Notes: generated by a model from the letters alone, not told the origin. 64,000 nucleotides of DNA from Octopus sinensis (GCF_006345805.1 NC_043004.1:29264001-29328000), one strand, 5' to 3'; shown: positions 26,961 to 42,714, numbered from the stretch's first letter. Translations and numbers: made by a program.

Positions 26961-28779
26961 ACTATCTCATATATAAAGATGGATATCAGTATTTACGGTG
27001 TCCCTTTCATTTCCGAGATCAAATTTCACTACGGTCAACATGAGAACAGCAGTGCCTATAATATTTAGAGAAATTTAACTTAATATGCCTTACTCCTTAA
27101 TTGTTATTCTTTACCTTGTAAAAGCAATCAATATTGTATTTCAATGGAAATCCAGAATCACTTTTGAATATGGAAAAAGGAAACAATAAACAAACCAAAT
27201 CCAAAACTGAAATATGAGAGAAGCATTGTAAGGTGGAGGTGTCTATCTCAGAAATTACGAGGTTATTTTTAAAATTCAGCAAGTTTCATAAGAAGGAGAA
27301 TAAAATATTGAGATGGTTCATGGATAGCAGTGTTAAATCGATAGCTATAAGATTGTTCGTCAGCGTCCTGATATTAATATCGTGTATGATGGGAGCTTTA
27401 TCTTCTTAGATGTCTGTATAGAGCAAGTGATCATAAATGGAAAAGCTCTTCCTGAAAGTAAGGCTAAATTGATTCATCGATAATATAATTTTAACAGAAA
27501 ATAACTTGGCAGCTGGGTGAATCGTGTCATAACAAATATACACAACTGGCTAAACTAAACCACTGTGGTTTGTCTTGTTTATTTTTCTGAGTGTTGTAGT
27601 AAGTTGAACAGAAACCACTGTTGCTATACGATGTTGTTATCAACTTAAATCAGGCCACAGTTATTATATGATAGATATGCCGTTACCGATTTAACTGAAA
27701 CCGCAGTTCCCATATGTGTTGTTAGCAACTTGAATGAAACCATAGTTGCTATGTATTGCTAATATCTTAGAAGAAGCCATGGTTATATGATAAATGGTTG
27801 CAAAGAAAGAACGATTTAAATCCCAGGTCGATCAGTATACCATTAATCATTTCTAGTCCAATCATTTTTTTCAGGCATAATGTACATTAGTGTAATATTC
27901 AATGTGTTCTTTCCATAAAACTGTGATTTCAAGGAGTTATTTTTAACAGTTTAAGCTACAACATAGAGGCGCTCTCATACATACAATGAATTGTTGTTGG
28001 TGTCGTTTAACCCCAGGTAAGCACTGAGAGGCATTCCAACTGTGGCCACTCCGTTTGTAGAAGTATATCTGGGACAGCACTTTATTCCATGTGTCTTTTC
28101 ATTATCCAAGAATATAGGGTGTCAAATTGAGGAATATTTGTTGGCTATTTCTAGACGTTCGGGCTGCTATACATCATTAGCTCAAATAAGAAGGTGGCAA
28201 TAAAGATAGGGAGCAAAAATATTTGCTTTGTATTATTTATTTTTATACCTCTATGTCTTGCGTTCGAATTCAACCAAACTCCGATTCCCATCACTCCGAT
28301 TTCGGCGAAACAAAAGAAGTACCAGTAATACACTGGGGTTACTCCGATTGACTCGCCTCCTTTGAAGCAACTGAATGTTTACTCAAAATAAATGACACTA
28401 TTGTCTCTGTAGACAGAAACAATAAATTTATTTTCATTTGACACAAAACTCTAGTTGTCAGCATATTTCTGGTATTAATTTTATCGATCCAGGAGGGATA
28501 AGTTGATATTGATCACGTTTTGAATTTAGATTCATAGGATTGAAAGTAAATACTGTCAAATATTTAGCCCAGTGGTTTATCTACCGACTCATTTTCATTC
28601 TGTTCATAATAGAAAAAATAAATTCAAGATTTCAAATTTCGGGTACGTGTTTAGCTGGTCATATCACCAAATAGCTTAAGCAATATTAGTAAAACCAAAG
28701 TGAATAATATTTTCAATGATGGACTAGTCTGGTAAATAATTGACACTCCTAATAAATTTTCATTAATAATATTGGCTTT

Positions 28780-28965
28780 AAATTTTGGCACAAGGTCAGC
28801 AATTTTCGGGGGAGGAGGCAAGTCAATTATTACATATTTTATCGACCCCGAAAGGATGGGAGGCAAAGTCAACCTAGGCAGAATTTGAACTCAGAGCGGA
28901 AAGAAGGACGAAATGCCGCTAAGCATTTTGCCCGAGATGCAACCAATTCTGCTAGCTCCGCTTTA
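28780..28965 (-). mobile_element. tRNA-derived SINE, family A
   Basis: aggcaaagtcaacctaggcagaatttgaactcagagc...gaaatgccgctaagcattttgccc. Confidence 0.8.
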
Positions 28966-30574
28966 GTTTCATTAATAATATCAACAATTTATTAGCAACT
29001 AAATCTGAGCAAAATGAATGAATTTTAAGACCATATTGTAGACCGTAATTTTATGAGAAATTGAAAATATTTAAACTTTTATAAAGACATCTGACATCTT
29101 TTAAACTGAGTTATATGTGATACTGATATGTTTATTTTCTTCCACATATTTCTACACCTGTATAAACAAATATATTTATCTACAGTATTACATATATTAG
29201 CAGAAATAATCTTCCCTAGGCTTAATCTCAGTCAACATGTGTAACTGGTTTTATTGCTCCTTAATAACATTGCATCAAATTTTAGGTTCATCTCTAACAA
29301 CATATCCATATCTCCTGATAGTAACCAGGTTATAATAGGTAAGTATAAGTAGCTATAAACCAACTGAATTTTTGCCAAATTAACAATAATACTCTATTAT
29401 TAATCTAGGGTTGTTCAAGCAAAATATTCTATTATTCATACCGGCTTCTTCAAGCCATGCATTGTATTTCAAGTTCAAATATGAATATCAAAGATTAAAT
29501 ATAAAAAGAGAGGGGTGTCATGTTCTACGTGATGACTTTTACATTCCCATTTTTCTTGATATACACACACACACACACATACAACACAACACAAAACACA
29601 CACACGCAGCACAACACAGCACACAACACACAACATACAACACACACATACATAGATAGATAGAGAGAGAGAGAGAGAGAGGCATGCATACATACATACA
29701 TACATACATACATACATACATACATACATACATACATACATTCACACACACATACATACATGTAAATATTCTAATATTCTTTGTTTTCTTTCTGGACCCC
29801 TACCGTACAGTTTCAGTTATAAAATAGTTTTGTTTTTCTATGAGAAGTGGTTATTTAGCCTTTCTCCGTTTCTGAATGTTGAGTGAACCCTAGCGATTCT
29901 TTTAACCAGTCCATAAAGAGGAGAGCAATGAAAAAGAATAACTGTCCCAAGTATTTGACAGCTATTTTATTTATTGATCTTGTATGTATGAAAGACTAAG
30001 TTCATCTCGTCGGGATTTCAACTAAGAGTGCAGAGAGCGGAACAAAATTCACAGAATTTATATCATATTAACTTCTTTAAAGATCAGAGGTCAGAGGTCA
30101 TTGTCAAAATAGTTCATTGTCATTTGGACAACAAACTACTGTGATAACACCTGTTCTTTTTGCCAGTTTATTGACTGTGATCATAATCAGGAGGAATAAG
30201 TGAAATGAAGTGGGTAACATGGATTCGACTTACCGAGGTTGACCAGCGTTCTGTTATATCTATATCAGTCACATTTGCAACTAGATAAATTAATGAAACA
30301 AACCAACGGTATACCTGAGAGAAATAGCAGGCAGACCACTGATATCATCCTCGTGCCTTACAAAATGGGAACTAGGCGGTCACCGACGGAACACATTTGA
30401 TTATACGTCTGCTCGGTAATGGCTAACCTGGGATAAGATGGCAACAGCAACAAGATCAAGTAACTACATCGAAGGGCTAGTACTGGGAACATTGTTCATA
30501 CTCATAACCAGTAAGATCAGATTACTAATATTCCAAACGAACATCCTATCCTTGGTGTAAACAACCACAATCAA

Positions 30575-30960
30575 GATCTCTATATCCCACATCTTTTTAC
30601 GCCCCTCATTTTGTATGTCCCAATTCTCTTGATATCTTAAATCTCTTTATGTCCTTAATCTCCCTTTATCCGAATTTTCTGCATATCCTATATCTCTCTT
30701 TATCCTTTCCATGTCCTAAATCTTTATATCCAGCTTCTCTTTATGTCCTGAATTTATGTACAAAATCTCTTATGTCCTAAATTTTTCTTTATACTAAATC
30801 TGTGTATTTTCTAAATCTCTATGTATCCTAAATTTCACCATATTCTAAATTTCTCTTTATCTTAAGTCTTTCTATACCTCTGTATGTTTTATATCTCTCA
30901 ATGTCCTAAATGTATGTCCAAAATCTTTCTATATCGTACATCTTTGTATGTCCTAAATAA
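30575..30960. repeat. Degenerate ~19-bp minisatellite
   Basis: Recurrent tatgtcctaaatctct variants. Confidence 0.7.
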
Positions 30961-31039
30961 ACAGTATGTCTTCAATATCCAAAAGGCATAATGGCAGATA
31001 CACTACTCTTAATACCGCAATAATACTAAACATTAGGAA

Positions 31040-31235
31040 CGCGGCGAGCTGACAAAATCGCTAGTACGCCAGGCAAAGTGTTTAATAGCATTTTGTCCGT
31101 CTTAACGATCTGACTCCAAATGCCACTGGAGTCAACTTTGCCTTTTATCCTTCCAGGGTTGATAAAATAAGTACCAGCTGATCACTAGAGTCGTTGTAAT
31201 CGACTTACCAGAAATTGCTCTGCCACAATTTGAAA
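31040..31235 (+). mobile_element. Degenerate SINE, family A
   Basis: ggcgagctgacaaaatcgctag...gtcaactttgccttttatccttcc. Confidence 0.65.
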
Positions 31236-32434
31236 TTAATAGTAAATATTAAGATAAATGTATAATGAAGGTATCTTGTAAAATGCATTATGATGTGCGT
31301 AAAGTGTGTAATCTATGAACTGCAGTATATATATATTCTTTAATTAGCTTGGCTTCATAGCATTTGAACCCAGTGCTGAAACTTTATAAGGTGCTCATCC
31401 AGTATGTAATGCTTCAGCTCCTCATAACAGTGAAATGTAATGATATATTATATTGTGTTTCCTAGTTAATACAAAAATAACTGCGCTCTCAAAATTTTAG
31501 TGTCTTTCTCATAATACAGAGCCAGCATCATGATATGACCAGTTATCCACAGATCCTAGTCACTCAGTCAGTTACAATTTTTACAAAATAAATCAATAAA
31601 AGTGTATCTGAGTAAGAAAACATTTATCTACAGGGACAGGGAAAATGTTTCCCACCGCCTTATTGGTCCCATTGTTTCCAGGATCCTAAGCATATTCTCA
31701 ATAATTTCTAACGTGGACAGGGGAGTGGCAGAAACGGTGAGATACTTAACTAAATATCTTATGGAATTCAGTTATATCACTTTATAAACTGAGTTCAAAA
31801 CCAACCGATGGCGACTTTGCTTGTTATCCCTCTCAGGGTTCATTAAAAATAATATCAGCCAAGTAATAGAATCGATTAAACACTCTTCCAAAATTTGTAC
31901 CCGAGTTGATAATCGATTCTTGAAATATATTCTATTGTTTATAACATTTCAGTTAAACATTGAGGCTGCTGCTGTACTCCGTCTCCGAATGCAAGAGTCG
32001 ATGTCTCGTGAAAAGATTTGTTTATAGCAGGAGGCCTATGTGGAGTGTTGTATGATTATTATATCCGGAATTAAAGAGGGGAGTTTCTCTAATCTTACGC
32101 CTAGTCATATCTAATATAATCATAAAACTGAGCTTTGAGTTCATATCCTCGGTTTCACACTCCACCAATATTAATATCACCATCGATTAAGAACAACAAT
32201 AAATTAGCAGGTTCGATTAGAAAGCTTATAAGTTATAGTAATGGTTTTAATCAAATCCTCCCTCTTTCTCTTTCTCTCCCTCTCTCTCATAACATACACA
32301 CAAATCATATACACACACATGTATGAGTGTGTGTAGTGTGTGTGTAATTATATGTATACATGTATGTACATATACATGTATATGTATATATAAATATATA
32401 TATACGTGTGTATGTATGTGTGTATGTATGTATG

Positions 32435-32483
<49 letters not shown>

Positions 32484-33984
32484 CATATATATGTACACAC
32501 ACACACACACACACAGATACACGAATTGAATAAGAGAGTTGGTTTAAGTTTTTTCTTATAACATCATAAATTACATAGTCTTTACGCGTGTTTCACGAGC
32601 GAATGCTTGTATGTTATGCAGTAATCGTTTCGTGGATGATTGCATTATAACATTGAAATGACAGAAAAAGTTCACAATTCTCTCCATTATTATTTGCTAA
32701 CATCAGATGCTACTGCAGTAAATGAATAACCCTGCGACAAACTGGCATCCCATTCAGATGACATCATGTGATTTCGATCGCTTATACACCATAAAAAGTG
32801 GGTAACCTTATAAGTCCAAAGACTCGACACAGTACTCACACGCATACACACCCGTTTACACTCATAATCATAAAAAAATTTACAGGTATAAGTATCATTT
32901 TCTTATATAGTGAGGATTAAGTCATTTTAAAGTCCTGTTTATATTCTTATAGTAGAGATATATCTTACTATGTTTTATGCAATAACCCTCGAGTCAACCG
33001 AAAGATTGTACTCCACTACAGTTTATTATTTTACCAAGGCAGAATTGTATTATGAAATTTAAATGACTTTAAAATTTTATGCTTGCATGAGAAGAAGCAT
33101 TCCTGTCTTAGATTAAGTAATTAATTGTTACCTAATAAAATATGTAACGTTTCATTAGAGCAAAATCTGCAATCTTTCTTGTTTTCAGTGTAAGAAGTGT
33201 AGTTCGTATTTTGTATTTTTTATTTTGTTAAGATTAAATATCCCCTTAACTAATCGATTAAGTTTATATTCCTAAGGCTGTGTGTATGTAACTTGTTACA
33301 GCATGTAAAGGATCTAGTCCCATATAATACTTGGTATTCGTTTGATGTAGTAATACTACATCTGTAGATAACATTGTGAACTAACCAGTTACTCCAACGG
33401 TAAAAATGAAAATCGTTCTAGACACAATTTAAGATGTTATTTGGTTGAATTGACTCGCGTTCGTGTGAGTCTGGACCTTCATGTCTAACCTTTGTTTTTG
33501 CTATATTAAGAGTATTATTATCACTGCTTACGTTATCATCCTGTTCACTTTTTATTTTAAATTTAGAGTTTTATTTTCTGTAGATTGTAAAGAGTTTGAA
33601 TTCAAGTATTTTAGGATGAGAATTATTGCATTGCTTTCTTTCATTAATTTATTAACTAGGTATACAGAATTATCATCTTTGTATTATGTTCCATAATTTT
33701 GTTATAATTCATTTCATAACCACTGAGAAGGATGATAGAACTTGAGTTATGGGTGTATGATATGATCTCTGTGTAACTGTTTTCATTATTCTGAATCTTA
33801 CCGAGATTAGGATTATCCAGATAAGTAGGACAAACGAGAGTGTTCACGTTATTTTGTTTTCGAGTGCACTATAATATCCGAAAGATCTGATGTTTTAGAC
33901 ATAAAGAATTTAACGATAAGATGTTACTTGTAGATACAAGGAAAGTTTTAGGTACATATGTCTTTACGTTTTTTTTTTTTTTTT

Positions 33985-34270
33985 TGCTGTATGTATGCAT
34001 CACTAAAATTCAAGAACTACCCAACCGATTTTATTCAAATTTTACACATGCCTTACTTAGGGTCCATGCAGTGTCACAGGCTCAAAAAATTTCAACTTCT
34101 TACCTGATGCGAGCCCGGAGCAATCTCTTATCTCTTATACTATTTCAGTATTACGTGTCAAAAGTGAAACAATAACATCTCCATTGTAATGTGAGAAAAT
34201 ACTTTCACTTTTAATAGGTTTCATTATTATTACTTTCATTTTGTATATATTAACTTTCACTTCTATTATT
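33985..34270 (+). mobile_element. Fragment of the Helitron family at 61958-62699
   Basis: attcaaattttacacatgcct.acttagggtcc and tatttcagtattacgtgt.aaaagtgaaacaa are shared with 62060-62200. Confidence 0.75.
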
Positions 34271-34293
34271 TTAACTGTGTATTTATATCCGTT

Positions 34294-34406
<113 letters not shown>

Positions 34407-34486
34407 ATGTATGTATGTATGTATGTATGTATGTATGTATGTATGTATGTATGAAAGTACATATTTATACCTTTGTATATATATAG

Positions 34487-34830
34487 AATTCTAAACCTTA
34501 GAATTTCTGAGGGCATTCTCATGCCCAAAGAAAACCAAATATTAACAACAGAAAAGTTACAAGAAGCTAGCTGGTTGCTCTAGCAACATGTACACTACTT
34601 TCTGTGCATGTATACTCCACACACGCCCTCAAACACGCACATCGGCAACATTCATCTATTTCTTGAAAATTGGGTCATAACCCCGAAATATTGAATATAA
34701 GGTAAGTTTACATTAATTCATATATTTGTTTTCTTGAGATTTACCTTGCATTTACTTCGAATTTTTCTGGCCTTACCCACGATCCTTTATACAAAATATT
34801 TTACACAATGGTTCATAGTAATTATTCCAT
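34487..34830 (+). mobile_element. 3' remnant of a second PLE family (GIY-YIG C-terminus and 3' UTR)
   Basis: Translates NLRISEGILMPKEN; homologous in inverse orientation to 37141-37295. HHR-like TTGAAAA..gggt cata accc..GAAA tatt g aata TA at ~34660-34702. Confidence 0.6.
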
Positions 34831-34849
34831 ATGTATATACATACATAAT

Positions 34850-34949
<100 letters not shown>

Positions 34950-34970
34950 ATATACATGAATATATATAGC

Positions 34971-35017
<47 letters not shown>

Positions 35018-35022
<5 letters not shown>

Positions 35023-35109
35023 CCTCAGGCCGACCAAAACCTCGTGAGTGAACTTCGTACACGGAAGCTGAAAGAAGACTATCGTATATATGTGTATATT
35101 TGTGTGTGT

Positions 35110-35141
<32 letters not shown>

Positions 35142-35362
35142 CTGTGTCTGTGTGTCTGTCTGTGTCTGTGGTCGTACCCCCACCATTGCGTGACAACATG
35201 TTTCTATGTTTACGTTCCCATAACTTGGCGGTTCGGCAAAAAGCATTGATAGAATAAGTACTAAGCTTACAAAGAATAAATCTTTTGTTCAGTTTGTTCG
35301 ACCATCGGCAGTGCTCCAGCATGGTCGCAGTCACATGACTGAAACCAGTAAAACAATTAAAG
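35018..35362 (+). mobile_element. SINE family B body and tail
   Basis: tatagcctcaggccgaccaaa...gtgctccagcatggtcgcagtca is the reverse complement of 18925-19185 and 44140-44505. Confidence 0.75.
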
Positions 35363-35414
35363 AACTATGCCATTTTAATCCCGAGCAAGATGGGATATCT
35401 CTGCCAGTATATAT

Positions 35415-35476
<62 letters not shown>

Positions 35477-37102
35477 CATATATATAAAACGGACTCTCTC
35501 GCTGATATGCCTGTGTGTAAGTATGTATCTTTCTATCAATGTGTTTGTCTGTCTGTTTGTCTATCTGCCGGTCTGTCTATCTATCGATGTAAATGTGATC
35601 GTAGGTATATGTCCATGTGTATATATAAGACATTGTAAGCTCCGTTTTGAAAATGTCATTACCAATCTTGCTCTCTCATATTAGTTACGTTTTGTCCTTC
35701 ATGTCTTTGTCCAGCTTTGTTCTCTCTTTACCACAAATGTAGCTGCCCACTCGTCATTTTCTTCGCAAAATATTTCTCTCTTCACAGCCTAGAAATGTGT
35801 TCTGGATTGTATTTGATGACAAACCAAACAGAAATGCAATTGACTGCAAACCAGACGCGGTGATATGTCACTGTAGAAAGCTTTGACACAACTGTTGTTT
35901 TAATAGTCTCTGTTATTTATAAAAACTACAGATTCACCGCACTGTTTCTTTGAGAGTACATTTCGTGAATGCTTGAGCTGCAATAAATAGCTGTCAATTT
36001 CCCCTCAAATCACAAAGTATTCTAATGAAGAGAGAATATATATCAAATGATGCAATTCTGTACCTGAAAAAAGTGAATTGGTCATAACTAGAATGCTTTT
36101 ATCCAAATATCTGCTTGATTAAGGCTAACCTAGGTTAAACAACAACGAAATTACCCACAGGAATCACTCGAATATAAGGCATCCACACCTTTCTCAAATT
36201 TAACTATATCATACTCTTATGTCTGTTTCTTATATTTACAAATTGACTCACTCTTTTTAATTCTATCTCTTTCTTTTGGTCGTTTCTTGGCTTCTCTTTC
36301 GTCATCAAATCCTTATTTTTCTATTTAGTCTCCACCAAACTGTGTCAGTTACTTAAAATACTATAGAAACATCCAGTTCTGGTTCAATTAAATACACTTT
36401 TAATTAGCGGTTTTTTTATGAATCAGGACTAATAAATTTGTCTCTTGCAGCAGAGTCAAACCTATTTTATTTCTTCCATTTCTTCTGTCTTCTTTTCTTT
36501 CATTTTCCTTTCTTACTTTCGTCCTTTCATTCTTTCTTCCTTTTCCCACAACTTCTGATAGATATTTACGACGTATCATTGATTATAGTGACAACTGTGG
36601 ATATTTAACATATGGCGTTTGGTGATTTGGACTGCTCATGCTGTTTATAACAAACATAGCGATAACCTTTTTCCTAACTGAGCTATATATCATAATCTAA
36701 GCTTTTTTATTTATTCTTGACATTTTATTCGCCTTAATTGACGAACGCATATTTCAAATAACGTTGGAAAATAATGAAGTTGGTTTTAGTGAGTAAATAA
36801 TGCCAAACGTCAAGTAAAAGTTTGAAATGAAAGTTAATTTGACAAACAATTACAAAAAATAGATTTCTAGTTTCCAGTTTCGTTTAAATGGGATATACGA
36901 CACTATACTATACTCTCTCTCTCTCCCTCCCTCTCTCTCTTCTCCTTCTCTCTCTCTCTTTCTTTCTCACCCTATCTCTTGCTTTCTCTCTCTCTCACTC
37001 TCTTTCCTTATGTATGTATAATATGGTTATATTTATATATGTATGCATATTTGCATAAAAATATATACGTATTCATATATGTATACAAATATATGCGCAT
37101 TC

Positions 37103-37140
<38 letters not shown>

Positions 37141-37143
<3 letters not shown>

Positions 37144-37476
37144 AATAATTACTATGAAGCATTGTGTAGAATATATTGTATAAAAGATCGTGGGTAAGGC
37201 CAAAACAATGCGAAGCTAGCTTCCTGTAAATCCCTTCTATTGTTGATCTTGGGTTTCTTTGGTGCATGAGGATGGCCTCAGAGATTCTAAGGTTGCCCCT
37301 GTTCCGCTGTGTTACCTTTATGTTCACTGTGAATTTCCGGGTCTGGCATTTCCGTAGATGTTTCTTCACGGAAGCATAAAACCCTCTCAGATTCACACAC
37401 TTATTGCAGTTTTTCTAAGCCCTCCAGCCAGGCCTTTCACGACACTCTTAAAGCCAGGAACTTTTCATCACCCCCT
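37141..37476 (-). mobile_element. 3' remnant of PLE (GIY-YIG C-terminus) between TA tracts
   Basis: ORF 37073..37396 SVKKHLRKCQ..F..I.......LRISEAILM...P fits the PLE endonuclease H...F.I...E.L.I....P.LN tail. Confidence 0.65.
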
Positions 37477-37526
37477 TATATATATGTATATTTATATATG
37501 TGTATACATATATATATATATGTGTG

Positions 37527-37596
<70 letters not shown>

Positions 37597-37599
37597 AGA

Positions 37600-37910
37600 T
37601 ACTTGGGTTGGTGGTTAGGCTAATCAGCTCACGGTCGTATGGTCGTGAGTTCAATTCCCAGCGACGTGTTATACCCTTGAGCAAGACACTTTATTTCACG
37701 TTTCTCCAGTTCACTCAACTGGCAAAAATGAGTTACATTTGTAATTCAAAGGGCCAGCCTTGTCACATCCTATATCACGTTGAATCTTCCTCAGAACTAC
37801 GGGAAGTGTATGCGTGCTTGAGGAGTGCTCAGCCACTTGCACGTTAATTTCACGAGCAGCAGAATGTTCCATTGAAATCTTTGTCATCGTAACCTACTGA
37901 GTGCCAGCTA
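37600..37910 (+). mobile_element. tRNA-derived SINE, family C
   Basis: gtggttagg...gagttcaattcccagc (A/B-box-like) followed by the family body. Confidence 0.75.
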
Positions 37911-38294
37911 TATATGTGTGTCCGTCTTGAAACATCGCTGCTATCCTTCAAAGAAGCTTTACCAAATGTGTCGGAGATGCAACCCAGAATAATGCATCTC
38001 TGACATATTTGGTAAATATATTCCGATTCCGATTTCCCCGTACAGAAAAACATGGAGGATTAAAAAAAAAGACATGTAGGATGTAAAGAAGCTGAAAGCT
38101 GTAATGGCGTAGAAGTTGAGTATGAGTGCTAGAGAAGCATAATCAGTGTTTTATGTAAATTTCTCTTTCAGATCTTCCTTAATCGTTCTCTCTCTCTCTC
38201 TCTCTTTCTCACTCTTTCTTTCTCTCTCTTTCTTTCTCCCTCTCTCTCCCTCTCACACACACACACATATTCACCCTGCGTAAATATCTTCTAC

Positions 38295-38582
38295 TACAGT
38301 CCTGTGATGACTAATGCTTTATGAATGAATTTCGTAAAAGGAAATTGTGTTGAAGCCGTAGTGTGTATATATGTGTATATATATGTATAAGGGTCTGTCG
38401 TTGTGTCTGTCTCTCTCCACCGTCTGACAACCGGTGTTGGTTTATCTACTTTCCCGTAAATTAACGGTTCAATAAAATAGAACTTAGAATAAGTAGGAGA
38501 CTGAAGATAAGTACTAAAACCCTTCAAGGTGGTGCCTCAACATGGCCACAGGTCAATAACAAAATCAAGTAAAAGATAAAGT
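38295..38582 (+). mobile_element. Degenerate SINE, family B
   Basis: ctgacaaccggtgttggttt...ggtgcctcaacatggccaca..aagtaaaagataaa. Confidence 0.6.
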
Positions 38583-39099
38583 ATGTGTGTATATGTGTAT
38601 GTGTGTGTAATATAATATGTGTATGTATGTGCACTGGAACGCTGTCGTTGTTAATATTCCATATTCAAAAGTCAATTTTTTTTTAATAGTACACGGTTAT
38701 AAAAATAAAATAATTTATTTTTTCATCGTTTCACTCATAAAATTAGTTATATCTATAAAAGTATCCAGATTTGATGCTCTGTCACACCAAGTTTATAAAT
38801 TTTCTCTCTCTCTCTCTCTCTTTTTTTTTTTTTTTTTGTTGTTGTTGATGACTGTCCGATTCAGAGCATAATCTCTGAGTATTTTGAAAGTATAAACAAA
38901 TTCAAACATGAAATAATGAACGATTAAAAAAAATAGTTTCTTTTTTTTTTATGGCATTTCAAGCCTATTAACACTTTGGAAATAGACTTTTTTTAATAAG
39001 GAATTTTAATAACTCCTTTTCATATCAGATCCTACATAATGTTCCTGGTCTAACCTCAGTCCTAAGACCTCAGACCAGTTGCTCGATATTTATGCGCGT

Positions 39100-39820
39100 C
39101 ATACTGCGAAAGCTGCAAGAGAAACCTCTTGGAAGATGAAGGAAATTAGAAAAGGTTGCAGTTTTCAGCAAGATGATGAACCTCTTTATTGTGTCCCTTC
39201 GCTATTCGATCCTCAGTAACGTTGGCATAATAGTAAATCGGAAGGCAAGCAGTATTTAGCACAACAATTAAAAACCTACTTCTGCCATGTACAGCCAAAA
39301 AACACTGATCATCATTGAAAACCTTGTACAGCTCATGACCGTCATGTATCATGCGAACTCCAGTATGAGCTGCACCTGCAACATTGTCGAGAACTTCTTT
39401 AGGCAACCAGCTATGACATTCAACACTCGAAACTGTATGTCCACCAAAATAATCTTTCAGTTCCATATATTAAAAAAAAAGCTTATACATAGATAAAACA
39501 GATGATGACACCTAACCCGAGAAGAATAGTTTTTTCTTATTGTTTCTGGTGGAGCAAGTGAAGGAGGAAAAAGCCGTTTTTTGATCAGCTTAATTTTGAG
39601 AAGTTCGTTCACTGGAGCAAATTGATACTGCAGTGGCCTCATCTGCAATTAATTACTGAAAATTATATCATAGGTGGCCAGGCAGCTCATTATGCTTTTA
39701 AACTGCCAATCAGTCTTACAACAACGCTTTCCTTTGTGCAATATTGATATTGTATAGGAAGAGGTTCGGAAACAGGCTAGACTGAAAGTATGAGTGTACA
39801 ATACTTTATAGACTTGCATG
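39100..39820 (+). mobile_element. Possible highly degraded hAT transposase fragment
   Basis: RWHNS-like segment followed by IIENLVQLMTVMYHANSSMS, reminiscent of hAT TRWNS...L..L..LL.PF..AT..LS. Weak, by eye only. Confidence 0.3.
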
Positions 39821-41057
39821 TTAGGCTCTCGATCACATATTACAAGATTTCGGAATTAACATTAACACCATGGGCGATGTCACACTTCTGTTCTCTAGTG
39901 AATTCAGTAAAGCTGCCCATGTACGCTTGCTGGTGACTTGAGGTGATGCCTATGAGAATCCCATATTTAGAGACAAGGGATAAATTACGTCTTTCAACCA
40001 ACTTAAGAGTTACACTTAATAAAGATGTCTCACCAACTTTGCTAAAGTTTTTGTTTTCTTAAATGGAGAGCGTTAGATAGCTATTAACTAACACTGAGTT
40101 GTCAAAATACTGAAACTATAATCAACGCATTTACAGTTCATTTATTGGTTTACTATGTGTGCACGTGTGTGCGCGATGAGTTTTCTCACCATTACCATTT
40201 ACCAAGTTTCACACAATTTATTAACCAAATTCAATCCTATAGCATGACATTTGTATGTGGTGCTGCAAAGTCGAGTCGAACATAGCACCATATAGTTGCG
40301 AAGCAAACTTTTTAGAACTTCTTGAGACGTACAACCAAGTGTGTCTGGGATTTGTGAGTATGTGAGTGTGTATTTCTATGATGTAAATGTGTAGTCATCA
40401 TGTGTGTGTGTGTATTTATGAATTACAAAATGAGGCGAGAATATCTGAGTAAGCTGTGTATTGCATTGAACAAGTTGCGCACACCATTCTTTGAAATTGC
40501 CTTCTATTCATGTTGAAATGATCCTGACAACAATACCGCTGTACTTTCACATCAATAACGAAATGCAATCCGCTATACAAAATACAAAAGATATAATTTC
40601 CTTCTCAGGCCCCACGATATTTCGTATTTAGGAAGGATATAATTGCAAGTCACTCCCTAATGTATACAAGGTAGTTAGTTTATCGATGTCAGAGATATAA
40701 ATAGCATATTCTAATCAATACATTTATAAAATGCTTTAAAAAAGTACGTATGGAGGTACACGCATATGTTCATGTATACAAATACATCTTTGCATGTATG
40801 TTATATTTGTATGTATACATGTTTGTATGCATATATGTATGTACATATGTGAGTGTGTATGTATTTAGGTATGCATGTATGTATCTATCGATGTGAGTGT
40901 ACGTAAAAGTTCTCTTCCAATTATGTCATGTGCATCAGCTTGGCACACAGTCTAATGACTGCAAAAAGTGAAAGAAAAAAGAACTATATATATTTATGTA
41001 TATATATACAAGGACAAACAGGTGTATATGTGTGTATATATATATACATATATATAT

Positions 41058-41360
41058 AACGGGAAGCTTTATGAAAATAAACAAAAGACGAAGGCAGGTG
41101 GAAAACAAACGAACAATTGTATTAGTATGGCGCTCAGGAAATATAAATAAAACAAGTCTTTAACGTTTCGAGCCTACGCTCTTCAACAGAAAGATACACA
41201 GAGAGAGAAAAACACAGAAAGAAGGAGAGAAAAAAAATGCGTGCAGTAGCTAACGAATCAACATGGCGATCTGATTTCGGCCAGAGGTCAAAGATCAAAC
41301 ATGAGACGCGAGAGCGAAATAAGGGGAGATAATAGGGTTGATAAAAGGGTTGAGGACCAG

Positions 41361-41361
<1 letters not shown>
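41058..41361 (-). mobile_element. TA-embedded element with HHR-like motif (41157-41194, minus)
   Basis: tcttt-CTGTTGAA-gagc gtag gctc-GAAAC-GTT-aaaga; homologous to 19400-19560. Confidence 0.65.
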
Positions 41362-41457
<96 letters not shown>

Positions 41458-41460
41458 ATA

Positions 41461-41568
<108 letters not shown>

Positions 41569-41777
41569 TATTCATATATATATATGTGTATGTATATATG
41601 TATGCATGTATACGTTGTTTATTCTTTTATTTATTAATATGCACACATACATAAACAAACACACACGCATATAAATTTATGTATGCATGCATTTATGCAA
41701 GTATGTACGCATGCATGCATTTATGTTTGTATGTAAATCTGAGTGTATGCATGTATATATGTGGGGATATATATATG

Positions 41778-41819
<42 letters not shown>

Positions 41820-42346
41820 TGTGTGTGTGTGTGTGTGCCTGTGTATGTATGTATGTATGTATGTATGTATGTATGTATGTATGTATGTATGTATGAATAT
41901 GCGTGCTTGAATGTATGTATACGTGTATGTGTATATGTGTATATCATATTATTACCTGTCAATATTTGATAAAATCAGGCTCATCAATAATTCCTAGACT
42001 CTGATCTACTCTTTTCCTTTCTTCTGTTATTACGTTATCTTTGGTTTCAGCTTGAAACAAAGAATAAACCCCCTTTAGCTAATTTCTTTCTATGAATTTC
42101 TAGATTATTTTGAAAACTTATTTGTATATTTAATGGTTCGTTCTTTTCTCAACGGCAACACAAAATCTAAAAGAGAACAAAAATCAATAAAATCGGAGAG
42201 CTACACGCAGTTTACTTACGATGATAAAATCTAAAGTGTTTCGAAAGGGAAAAACAAGAGGAATGAGACAATTCTATAGAACTACTATACAACTACATTT
42301 GAATCTTTATCATACACCACTCAGCCACATGCACACGCGCACACAC

Positions 42347-42384
<38 letters not shown>

Positions 42385-42714
42385 ACACACACACTCTCAC
42401 ACACACACACACACACACACACATATTATACACACACATGCGCACATATATATATGTATATACACACATGCACACACACACGCACACTCACACACACTCA
42501 CACACACACACACACATATATATATACACACATGCGCACATATATATATATATATATGTATATACACACATGCACACACACACACGCACAAACTTACACA
42601 CATACACACACATATTGTTGTATTTCGTCAGTTCTACACAGAATTCTTTAAACTACAACACTCTGTCGACTACTGTACACTCTATTGTTATATCATTTGG
42701 TACCTGAGCACTGC

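Noticed and set aside
30575-30960. CRISPR-like array
   Set aside because: Degenerate head-to-tail units with no unique spacers, in a eukaryotic context.
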